This document shows positions 39,032-47,396 of a DNA stretch of 64,000 bases, piece after piece. Both the position numbers and the translations under genes were made by a program. How positions within the stretch are numbered: the first letter of the stretch is position 1; each line of letters starts with the position of its first letter. The notes under the pieces were generated by a model. The model ran no database searches. It had not been told where the DNA came from and worked only from the letters and a program-made list of their open reading frames with translations. This DNA comes from an uncultured Planctomycetia bacterium (GTDB lineage Bacteria; Omnitrophota; Gorgyraeia; Duberdicusellales; 4484-171): assembly GCA_964489445.1 (NCBI GenBank), contig CAZAYU010000001.1, positions 442,480 through 506,479 of the forward strand. Direction: 5' to 3'.

Positions 39032-40006
39032 CTACCGCAAAAGATTTAGAATAACTTTTATCATCATACTTTTTTCCTTTGGCCGGCTAGAAGCAATCAT
39101 CAGCGTAAGCCCCACCAAAGCATTATCATCGATAATCTTGCGGCCATCTTTTCCATATAGAATACCGCATTTCTCTAGAAAACAAACAAATAAAGCAGCA
39201 GCTATACGTTTATTCCCGTCGACAAAGCTATGATTTTTAACTACAAAATACAATAAATGTGCTGCTTTCTCCTGAATCGTAGAATATACATCGACTCCCC
39301 TAAAAGTCTGATAAATTGCCCCTATCGAACTTTTAAAACTGCTATCTTTTTCTTGGCCTACAAGATCTGAATCATTAAACTTTTCTTTCAATACATTAAT
39401 AATCGCTTTAGCTTTTTCATAAGTAAAATTGTATTTAAAGTGTTTGACTCCCTTGGGAACTTTTAAACGCTCGTGATCATAATCATCAAGGATACCTAAA
39501 GCACGTGTATAATCAGATATCACCCGAATAATGCCCTTCGCTTCGTTAGATAAACCAACAAACGATTCAACATTTTTGATCAGTGCTATGGCTTTTTGTA
39601 ATTCTTCGTATTTATCAGCACTTTTAGCAAGACGTTTCTCATTGATTGTATATCCGTCAACTAAATGCTTGCGTAACATATTAGTCGCCCAAATACGAAA
39701 TTGAGTACCCCTCTTGGAATTAACGCGATAACCAACAGAAATAATCATATCTAGGTTATAAAATTGTATTTTATATGTCTTTCCATCTGAAGCAGTATGT
39801 GCAAATTTTGCACATACTGAATTCTCATGTAATTCCTTTGTTTTAAACACATTATGTATATGTTTCGTTATAACGCTTCGCTCAACATTGAATAAAACAG
39901 CTATATGTTTTTGACTAAGCCAGACAGTTTCAGCCTTTAATCGGACTTCGACATTATGCTTGTATAGAATTACTTGCCCTCTGGAACTTTCTTTTTCTTT
40001 CACCAT
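39032..40006 (-). CDS. RhuM-family N-terminal domain fused to a Fic/Doc-fold domain (Doc-type motif HxFxDGNKR)
   Basis: The N-terminus matches the RhuM family (ILYKHNVEVRL...NSVCAKFAHTASDGKTYKIQFYNLDMIISVGYRVNSKRGTQFRIWAT). The C-terminal part carries HSFVDGNKRIAAALF. Confidence 0.7.
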   Translation of the reverse strand: MVKEKESSRGQVILYKHNVEVRLKAETVWLSQKHIAVLFNVERSVITKHIHNVFKTKELHENSVCAKFAHTASDGKTYKIQFYNLDMIISVGYRVNSKRGTQFRIWATNMLRKHLVDGYTINEKRLAKSADKYEELQKAIALIKNVESFVGLSNEAKGIIRVISDYTRALGILDDYDHERLKVPKGVKHFKYNFTYEKAKAIINVLKEKFNDSDLVGQEKDSSFKSSIGAIYQTFRGVDVYSTIQEKAAHLLYFVVKNHSFVDGNKRIAAALFVCFLEKCGILYGKDGRKIIDDNALVGLTLMIASSRPKEKSMMIKVILNLLR

Positions 40007-40067
40007 AATACTTTTTTACTCACCCACGCTAAATTTTATGTTTTTCGTCAGAAAAACATCTAGTCGA

Positions 40068-40107
40068 ATTATTCCATCTTCCACCTTGAAGGTGGCAATT
40101 TGGTTTT
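40068..40107 (-). repeat. 40-nt palindromic-core repeat, copy C, 5 nt downstream of the xseA stop
   Basis: Sequence ATTATTCCATCTTCCACCTTGAAGGTGGCAATTTGGTTTT, a direct repeat of copy B lying 1108 bp away. Confidence 0.65.
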
Positions 40108-40112
40108 TCTTC

Positions 40113-41450
40113 TTATGCACTTTGCTTTCTTTCTACTGTCGACTCTACGTTCCCCTTATAAAAAACAGTGGTCAGTCGGTCTCCTTTTTCAATATCCTTG
40201 ATTGAAGCCACTGCTTTTTTCCCTTTAAGGGTAATCGAGTAGCCTCTTTTCAACACATTAACCGGATCTAATATTTTTATTTTCCCCTCTAAATATTCAA
40301 GGTGCTCTCGACAATGTTGGGGCAATTTAGTTACTGTCGAGGTTAACTTTTCCCAGCTTCTTTTGAGGAAATCTTTTTCATCTTTTAGAATGATATTTAC
40401 ACAAGCAACGATCTTATGCTTTTTTTCTAAAATTTCTTCGCGATGAATCCGAAAAAAACGAAAAGAAGCCGATTCAATCTTTACTGTTAAATTTTCTAAA
40501 TGTTTCTTTTTATTCATCAGTAACCCCTGAGCGTTACTTACTATTTTTTCTTCCAGATAGTTTAAATTTTCCGACACCTCTCTGATTATCTCTACTAAAA
40601 ACTGCCCAGCTTTTGTGGGAGTCTTGCAAACGGTGTGCGCAACTAAATCAGTAATTGTTGTATTAATCTCATGGCCTAAAGCAGAAATAACCGGTAACTT
40701 AGATGCAGCTATGCTTTCTGCTATTTTTTGACTATCAAAATAGCTTAAATCAGCAGTTGATCCGCCTCCGCGAGTTATAACAATAACATCTATCTTTTCC
40801 TTTGCTTCATCATTAAAATACCCCAAAGCCCCCATAACATCTTTCTCCACAAGATTACCCTGCATATGGCAATTACAAGCTAACACCTTAAAACTAAATC
40901 CACTTATCTTAAGTTCATTAGTAAAATCATGATACGCTGCCGATGAAGAGGAAGTTATCAATCCCACTCTCAACGGTAATTGTGGAATCACCAACTGCTT
41001 ATTTTTTTCTAAAAGGCCTTTTCTTTTAAGCTCCTCAATTATTTTTTGCCGGCTTTGGGCCATTTTCCCTAGAGTGTATACCGGATCAATATCTGAGACA
41101 ATCAAGCTAAAATTACCATTCTTAGGATATAAATCCACATCACACAATAATTTAACTTCAATATCATTACGTAGTTCTAATCCGGACGCGGATTCTTTAA
41201 GCCGCTTTAAAATCTGAAATTTTCGGCCTTGAAAAATTGCGGCACTTACTTTAGCTAAAACTTGATCAGCATCTGGATCTTTCTGAACGAAATTAAAATA
41301 AATGTGTTTGCGATCTCTGCTCATCCGCAAATCCTGAATCTCCCCGCACACCCAGACACTGCTAGAAAACTTATCTTTTATCAGTTTTCTGACTGTTGTG
41401 TTTAGCTCTAATACCGTATAAACTTTATTAATTTCAAAAAGACTATCCAC
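40113..41450 (-). CDS. xseA: Exodeoxyribonuclease VII large subunit
   Basis: An N-terminal OB fold (VWVCGEIQDL) precedes the ExoVII large-subunit catalytic region, over 445 aa. Confidence 0.85.
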   Translation of the reverse strand: MDSLFEINKVYTVLELNTTVRKLIKDKFSSSVWVCGEIQDLRMSRDRKHIYFNFVQKDPDADQVLAKVSAAIFQGRKFQILKRLKESASGLELRNDIEVKLLCDVDLYPKNGNFSLIVSDIDPVYTLGKMAQSRQKIIEELKRKGLLEKNKQLVIPQLPLRVGLITSSSSAAYHDFTNELKISGFSFKVLACNCHMQGNLVEKDVMGALGYFNDEAKEKIDVIVITRGGGSTADLSYFDSQKIAESIAASKLPVISALGHEINTTITDLVAHTVCKTPTKAGQFLVEIIREVSENLNYLEEKIVSNAQGLLMNKKKHLENLTVKIESASFRFFRIHREEILEKKHKIVACVNIILKDEKDFLKRSWEKLTSTVTKLPQHCREHLEYLEGKIKILDPVNVLKRGYSITLKGKKAVASIKDIEKGDRLTTVFYKGNVESTVERKQSA

Positions 41451-42684
41451 GGCTATCCTCTAAAAAACTACTTACCGGATAAAATTTTATTTTCAGCAAA
41501 GCCGCAAATAACAAAAGTGCCGCCAGAGAAAGAAGCGAATACACATCGACTGCATCTTTTACACCCTGAATAAACAATTCATCCGGCCAACTTATTAAAA
41601 TCCCGGAAATTCCCACCATAGCCCAAACTAATTTATCTTTATGTTGAACCTTAAACAAATAATAAAAACAAACCATGTAAGAAAAAGTTAAAAACACAAA
41701 CGAATGAATCCAGCCATTCGGATTAAACAATCCGGCACAAACAAATAACAAGCCATAGTCAATGACTCGCGTAAAATTATCACCTTTTTTGTATTTTGAT
41801 GAAGGGCAAAGCGTTAAAAGATAAAGAAAAACAAATGCTGAGCCAACCAAAAATCCTAAATGAAATTTACTCAAATTTAAAATATTAATGCTAGATTCGG
41901 TAAAATTAGAAAAATAGCGCAATATTAGCGCTACCAGAGATTGATTAGCATGAGTAGACATTGAACCAAAGTCTAAAGATGTTTTGCAGAGAAAAGGAAT
42001 GAATGATTTCTGTAAAGATAAGTTATAGTCAAAACTTAAGAAAAAAGCCGGTAAAATCACAAGCACAAACAATGATAAGCAAAAATAAAACACAACTTTA
42101 AACTTCTTCTTAAATAAAAAATAAGGAATAAATATTATTGACATATACTTAACTAACACAGAAAATGCCAAAGCTAAACTTCCCGTAAACCGCTTTCGCC
42201 TCTGAAACAGATAAAGAGCAAATGCTAGCATGCTCATCATAAGGATATTAACCTGACCCTCATCAAAATTCTGCGCAAATATCCTTAGTGTAAACAAAAA
42301 TGATAAAAAATATACCCAGTTTTTCCTTCTATTATTGAATGGCCGGACAAACACTATCCGCGAAGACCAGTAGAAAAATAAAAGGATCAAAATAAAATTA
42401 AGGGTATACCAAATAATTGCCGCAGAATTCTCATTTAAAAAGCCTAAGGGATAAAATATTAATCCAACAATCGGCGGGTATTTAAAATTGGCTATTCCGT
42501 CACGACGATAAGCTTGATCATCATAGATATTACCTCTTTCGGCTAATACTTGCGCTGTATAATGATAAACATGAAAATCAGCAAACTGCCGCTTAGGCAT
42601 TTTATACTGATACCGCCCTAAAAATGCGATGAATATAAAAATAATTACAAAACAACGTACCTTATGTTTACCAATTCTTCTCAT
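41443..42684 (-). CDS. GT87/DUF2029-family polyprenol-phosphate-sugar dependent membrane glycosyltransferase
   Basis: A multi-TM protein with the DUF2029-like motif ADFHVYHYTAQVL. It is adjacent to a DPM1-like polyprenyl-phosphate sugar synthase gene. Confidence 0.55.
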   Translation of the reverse strand: MRRIGKHKVRCFVIIFIFIAFLGRYQYKMPKRQFADFHVYHYTAQVLAERGNIYDDQAYRRDGIANFKYPPIVGLIFYPLGFLNENSAAIIWYTLNFILILLFFYWSSRIVFVRPFNNRRKNWVYFLSFLFTLRIFAQNFDEGQVNILMMSMLAFALYLFQRRKRFTGSLALAFSVLVKYMSIIFIPYFLFKKKFKVVFYFCLSLFVLVILPAFFLSFDYNLSLQKSFIPFLCKTSLDFGSMSTHANQSLVALILRYFSNFTESSINILNLSKFHLGFLVGSAFVFLYLLTLCPSSKYKKGDNFTRVIDYGLLFVCAGLFNPNGWIHSFVFLTFSYMVCFYYLFKVQHKDKLVWAMVGISGILISWPDELFIQGVKDAVDVYSLLSLAALLLFAALLKIKFYPVSSFLEDSRG

Positions 42685-42686
42685 TT

Positions 42687-43391
42687 CTATACTCCTTTTT
42701 CTTTTATTCTTTTATGCATGTAAGCTATATCACCTAAGGTAGTAAAAATATGGGAAATCCGCACAGTACTTTTCCCGGCCTGTCGCGAAAAATGTTTTAC
42801 TCCAATTTGTTTAAGTTTAAATCCTTTCAGCATTGCCTTAATTAAAAGCTCCGTATCAATGAAAAAATTATCCCGCTCAATACTTAAGCTATGCAGGCAT
42901 TCTCTCTTGAATAGCTTAAAAGAACAATCAATATCTTTAACTTTCAAGCCAAACACCAAACGAATAAGTTTATTATAACAACGAGCGGTAAATTTACGAA
43001 TTATAGAGTCTTGCCTATCTTTCCTGTACCCAATAACATAATCAACATCTTTTATTGCCTCAACAAACTTAATTATCTCTTGAATATCAAATTGATTGTC
43101 AGCATCAGTATAAAAGATCAACTGTTTGTTTGATGAAAATAAACCGGTCCTTAACGCGGCGCCGTAACCTTTATTTGTTTTATGCTTTAGTACCCGCAAT
43201 GAATCTGCTAATTTATTTTTTATTTCCTGACAAACTTGATAGGTATCGTCACAACTTCCATCATCGACAACAATAATTTCAAAGTCTTCAAAATTATTTT
43301 TTAAAAAATTAAATGTTTTGCTAACTAAACACTTAATATTTTTCTGCTCATTGTAAGCAGGAAAAACTACAGCTATGCTTTCTTGTATCAT
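42687..43391 (-). CDS. GT2 polyprenyl-phosphate sugar synthase (dolichol-phosphate mannosyltransferase-like)
   Basis: VVFPAYNEQKNI...IIVVDDGSCDDT...YGAALRTG...YTDADNQFD shows the DPM1/ArnC-like GT2 signature. Confidence 0.8.
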   Translation of the reverse strand: MIQESIAVVFPAYNEQKNIKCLVSKTFNFLKNNFEDFEIIVVDDGSCDDTYQVCQEIKNKLADSLRVLKHKTNKGYGAALRTGLFSSNKQLIFYTDADNQFDIQEIIKFVEAIKDVDYVIGYRKDRQDSIIRKFTARCYNKLIRLVFGLKVKDIDCSFKLFKRECLHSLSIERDNFFIDTELLIKAMLKGFKLKQIGVKHFSRQAGKSTVRISHIFTTLGDIAYMHKRIKEKGV

Positions 43392-44350
43392 CTGTTTTTA
43401 TTTCCTGCTTGTCTGCTAAAGTCCACAATGCTAGGAACTCTATTTAAAAAACTATCTAAATTATTTTCTTCAACTACCAAGCTTTCAGTATTAAAAGGAC
43501 CCCAACGAACAGGGTTAGTGGTTTTAAACAACCCCACCACCGGCAGTTTCAATAAACTAGCTAAATGCAAGGGTCCAGAATCAAGCCCAATAAATACCTG
43601 ACAATATTTTTTAAAAAACGTCGCCAACTCAGGCAAACTTAAATTTCCGGTAATATCATCCACCAACAGCTGACTTGCCAACATTTTAGCTTCCGGTTTT
43701 TCCTCTTGTGAGCCGATAATAACTATTTTCTGTTGAAAATTTGTTTTAATTTCCCTAATTAACTTTTGCCAAAATACAATATCAATTTTTTTTAACCTGT
43801 CTGAGGTAAACGGATGGATCACAAATAGCTTTTCGTCTTTGTCTAAATTAAGCCCTATCTTACCTTCCAGACAATTGCTCGCATCAATGTTCAAATCAAC
43901 ATCAAGTATATCTGTCTTATTGCAAATTAACTTTAACAAATCTATATTATACTCTACTTCATGCTTTGCTTCAGAAAATTTTTCATCCTTTATCTTACGA
44001 TTAAGACAAAATCCCCATTTTCTCTGATACCCGACTCTTAGCTTAACTCCAGCTAAAAAAGAAGCTAAATGAAACTCTTTCTTAGGATTTAACGCTACCA
44101 CTGTATCAATGTTTTCCGCTGTAAATAACTTTGCCAACCTGAATGAGCCTTGATAGCCAGAAAAAACATTCATTTTGTATTCCAAGAAATAATCAATAAA
44201 ATCAATATTCTTTACTAGCTCTAAATTATTTCTCTTTGCTAAAAGATAGATTTGGCTTTTGGGAAAATTTAATCTTGCCAGCTTAATCGCCGGAAGGCTT
44301 AACAGGAATTCACCAAAACGATCAGAGCGAATAAATAGAATTTTCTTCAT
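43388..44350 (-). CDS. GT9 ADP-heptose:LPS heptosyltransferase-like
   Basis: MKKILFIRSDRFGEFLLSLPAI at the N-terminus and a GT9 C-terminal domain (LDSGPLHLASLL). Confidence 0.75.
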   Translation of the reverse strand: MKKILFIRSDRFGEFLLSLPAIKLARLNFPKSQIYLLAKRNNLELVKNIDFIDYFLEYKMNVFSGYQGSFRLAKLFTAENIDTVVALNPKKEFHLASFLAGVKLRVGYQRKWGFCLNRKIKDEKFSEAKHEVEYNIDLLKLICNKTDILDVDLNIDASNCLEGKIGLNLDKDEKLFVIHPFTSDRLKKIDIVFWQKLIREIKTNFQQKIVIIGSQEEKPEAKMLASQLLVDDITGNLSLPELATFFKKYCQVFIGLDSGPLHLASLLKLPVVGLFKTTNPVRWGPFNTESLVVEENNLDSFLNRVPSIVDFSRQAGNKNR

Positions 44351-44352
44351 AA

Positions 44353-45198
44353 TTACACCACTATCGGCACCTTTGGCCTTAAAAAAGTTTTATAGCGTAA
44401 ACGAAACCAAAAAAAAGGACTCCACCAATATTTTTGTTTAATCAATTTTAAATCTTTGCTGCTTAGATGATGATTCATCGCAATATCCCGCATAGTTTGA
44501 GGAACAGTGCCAAAATAAACAGGAAACTGAAACAAGTTTCCAAACTGATATTCTAATTTTTGCTCATTATCGCTTAAATTGGCATAACCTAGCTCCTTGG
44601 CATTCTTCCGGCGCTGGGACATTATTTTCGGATTATTCACCCACCCATAATGATAAATAAAACAGGGAGTCTTAATTGTCTTAATCGGAGTATCATCTTT
44701 TCGCCTAAAACCCCAAGCGCCGCTGTAAGCTTTAATATTTCCATTATTCCGGACAATCCGGTCTTGTTTTTGAAACCAAGGAGGATCAACCCTGTAACGG
44801 TAAAAGCTTCCGTAAAAATGCATCCACTTAAAGCGAAAACCTTCTATTTTTTCATCTTTGAGATATTTACGCATATATTTTTCCAACCGTGGTAAATCAC
44901 GCTCATGCACCACTTCATCGGTTTGAATATAAAATGCCCAGTCTCCGCGACATTCAGCCAAGGCTTGGTTTGTGGCCTGGCTAAGCATCTCTTCGCCTAA
45001 GGAATCATCCCATTTACTTTGAATTATTTTTATTTTCGGGCTATCAATCGACTCTATTAATTTTAATGTTTCATCTTCTGACTCTCCGACATTAACAATA
45101 AGTTCATCACAAATCGGCAATATTGACAGGATTGCTTCTTTGGCCGGATAATTAAACTTAATCGCATTTCTAACTATAGTAAATCCACTGATTTTCAT
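44353..45198 (-). CDS. GT2-family glycosyltransferase of the WaaE-like subtype
   Basis: FTIVRNAIKF..ICDELIVNVGESEDETL parallels the IVKNEE...ADEIIVVDSGSTD pattern. Confidence 0.5.
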   Translation of the reverse strand: MKISGFTIVRNAIKFNYPAKEAILSILPICDELIVNVGESEDETLKLIESIDSPKIKIIQSKWDDSLGEEMLSQATNQALAECRGDWAFYIQTDEVVHERDLPRLEKYMRKYLKDEKIEGFRFKWMHFYGSFYRYRVDPPWFQKQDRIVRNNGNIKAYSGAWGFRRKDDTPIKTIKTPCFIYHYGWVNNPKIMSQRRKNAKELGYANLSDNEQKLEYQFGNLFQFPVYFGTVPQTMRDIAMNHHLSSKDLKLIKQKYWWSPFFWFRLRYKTFLRPKVPIVV

Positions 45199-45240
45199 TT
45201 GATTATTATTTGATAACAGAATCGTTTCACCATTTTGATT

Positions 45241-45362
45241 CTCTTTTTATTTTTTCCTCTTCATCCTTCTCCCATCCTCTATCCTCCATCTCATTCTCCA
45301 TCTTCCTTCTTCCTTCTTCCATTCTCCATCATCCCTCGTCCATCTTCCGTCGTCCATCTTTC
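45241..45362 (-). repeat. Purine-rich leader repeat with the GATGGACGAGGGATGATGGAGAATGGAAGAAGG core
   Basis: The minus-sense strand contains two GATGGACGA(C/G)GG units. It spans the intergenic region upstream of the GT2 gene and the 3' tail of the GT4-GT26 ORF. Confidence 0.45.
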
Positions 45363-47378
45363 CCTAATCAGCTGTCTAGCCAGCAAATAAATAAATAAGG
45401 TATTGCTAACAACATAACGCTTCCAAAGACGTCTTGGTTCCTGAGATAAACGAAACAGCCATTCTAGCCCAAACGCCTGCATCCATTTCGGAGCTCGGAG
45501 AAGCGCACCAGCAATAAAATCAAATGCCGCACCCACAGTAATAATTACTGCCGGTATTTTATCTTTATGCTCAAAAGCCCAGATTTCCTGTTTAGGACAG
45601 CCAATGCCGATGAATAAAATATTTATTCCGGAATCAATTATCTTGCTTATAACATCTTTATCTTCAGCCTCATTCATCAACCGAAACGGTGGACTAAATA
45701 AATAAGCAATATCTAATCCAGGAAATTTAAGTTTCAAATTATTAGCCATTAACTTTAAAACTTTAGGTGTTGCTCCATAAAACCCAACTTTCAAATTTAG
45801 TTGTTCAGCCTTTTTACAAATTAACGGAGTTAAGTCTGGACCAGATACTTTTTGCGCATCTTTTAAACCTAAAAGTTTTAATGCCCAGACCAAAGCCATT
45901 CCATCGCAAGTTGCCAGTTCTGATGAATTAACGATTTTTTTAAAATAATCATCTCTGGCAGCCAAAGTTAATACATAAGCATTTTCAATACAGACAAAAC
46001 TTCCACTTTTTCTCTTAGACAGTTTAACTATTCTATTTACCGTATCTTGATAAGTAGTGTTATCAATACGCACTCCGGATAAATAACGATAAGTATCAGA
46101 ATTATTGTTAGCTACCAAACCTACCTGCTGATGTTTACTAATTAAATCCGTTGCTAAAACAACATATGCCTTAACTTGTGCTTCCATAGAAAAATTACTT
46201 AAAGCAAATTCTCTAGCTTCTTCTGAAAATTCTTTCTGCTTTTGCGAGTTGCTCAAAATATTCCTCAATGCTTCTTCAGCTTCTTTGCTGTTAGAAACCA
46301 CATATCCACTCTTTCCTTCTACTAAAGCCTCTCGGCAGCCTCCGGAATCCAGAGTCACAATCGGAATCCCACAGGCAGAGGCCTCAACTAAAGTATTCGG
46401 TAGATTATCGGCCTTACTTAAAGAAAGATAAACGTCGGCGGCGTTATAGCAAGCGGCTAAAATCTTTTCATCCTGGGTAAAGCCAACCTTAATAATTTTT
46501 ACGCCGGCAATTTTTGTAAATTCTTCGCCTCGATACCCGACAACCAAAACGGTTAAAGGAAAGTTTACTTTTTCCTTTAAATTTTTTATAACCTCCCAAG
46601 ACTCTCTCGCCCCTTTTCGCTGATCGTTTAGCTTAAAAGAAGACAACATGATGACTTTTTCTGATTTCCCAATCCCAAAAATGCTTCGCGCCGATTCCGT
46701 TAATCCCGGTTTAAATACAGATAAATTAACGGCTGTGGGTATTAATTCGCAGCGAAAATCACAAGTCAAAGGCGACTTCTCAACTATTTCTTTAAGCCAT
46801 TTTGAAGGAGAAACAAATACTAATTTATCTTTTAACCGTTGATATATTTTTTGCTTTCGCAGCCACAGAAAATGAGTGGTATCGAAAAATAATTCCGGAT
46901 AATCGTAAAGACGCGGACATTTTCCACAGCCCGTTTCCCATTTTTCGCACTCGTAAGAATAAGCGCAGTGCCCGGTTACCGCCCACATATCCGGAAGCCG
47001 CCAAATCAAAGGCGCTTTTTGCGAAAGAAAGGGTAAAATTCCTATCGATATATACCACCAGTGCAGGTTGCGTAAAATGATAATGTCGTTCCAATCATTA
47101 ACTAATTTTGAGCGGCGTAAGAAAAAAGAAGACGGATAACCAAAAGACTGCAATCCGAAAGCATTAAAGAATTTTCCGAACAAAGCATTAGGTAAATAGC
47201 CGAATTTTCCCGGCAGGATTGACGAACTATCATTTCCGGAATGTTCTTTTAAAGCGCATAAGGTATGGCTTGCGTATCCGGATTCCAATAACGCCTGATG
47301 CAGGCGGAAAGACTCTATGGAAGCTCCCCAGCGAATATCGGAAGCGTTAATGTGCAGAAAATTAATTTCTCTTAGCAT
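45291..47378 (-). CDS. Bifunctional glycosyltransferase with an N-terminal GT4 domain and a C-terminal GT26 (WecB/TagA/CpsF) domain
   Basis: The GT4 N-terminus is LHINASDIRWGAS and its E-x7-E region is GIPIVTLDSGGCREALVEGKSGYVV. The C-terminus has GT26 motifs (FYGATPKVL...GIGCPKQEIW). The last 25 or so codons run into a repeat and may not be translated. Confidence 0.75.
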   Translation of the reverse strand: MLREINFLHINASDIRWGASIESFRLHQALLESGYASHTLCALKEHSGNDSSSILPGKFGYLPNALFGKFFNAFGLQSFGYPSSFFLRRSKLVNDWNDIIILRNLHWWYISIGILPFLSQKAPLIWRLPDMWAVTGHCAYSYECEKWETGCGKCPRLYDYPELFFDTTHFLWLRKQKIYQRLKDKLVFVSPSKWLKEIVEKSPLTCDFRCELIPTAVNLSVFKPGLTESARSIFGIGKSEKVIMLSSFKLNDQRKGARESWEVIKNLKEKVNFPLTVLVVGYRGEEFTKIAGVKIIKVGFTQDEKILAACYNAADVYLSLSKADNLPNTLVEASACGIPIVTLDSGGCREALVEGKSGYVVSNSKEAEEALRNILSNSQKQKEFSEEAREFALSNFSMEAQVKAYVVLATDLISKHQQVGLVANNNSDTYRYLSGVRIDNTTYQDTVNRIVKLSKRKSGSFVCIENAYVLTLAARDDYFKKIVNSSELATCDGMALVWALKLLGLKDAQKVSGPDLTPLICKKAEQLNLKVGFYGATPKVLKLMANNLKLKFPGLDIAYLFSPPFRLMNEAEDKDVISKIIDSGINILFIGIGCPKQEIWAFEHKDKIPAVIITVGAAFDFIAGALLRAPKWMQAFGLEWLFRLSQEPRRLWKRYVVSNTLFIYLLARQLIRERWTTEDGRGMMENGRRKKEDGE

Positions 47379-47396
47379 TTTTTAATATTTTTGATA

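Noticed and set aside
29731-40107. Possible CRISPR array, because three copies of a short palindromic repeat are present
   Set aside because: There are only three copies and they are separated by 1.1 kb and 9 kb of ordinary genes. There are no regularly spaced spacers and no cas genes, so this is not a CRISPR.
45210-45398. A plus-strand 62-aa ORF (…SSISFSIFLLPSSILHHPSSIF…) and the minus-strand reading frames through the purine-rich repeat
   Set aside because: These are simple translations of the CT/GA-rich repeat. The repeat recurs in non-coding leaders elsewhere, so protein coding is unlikely.
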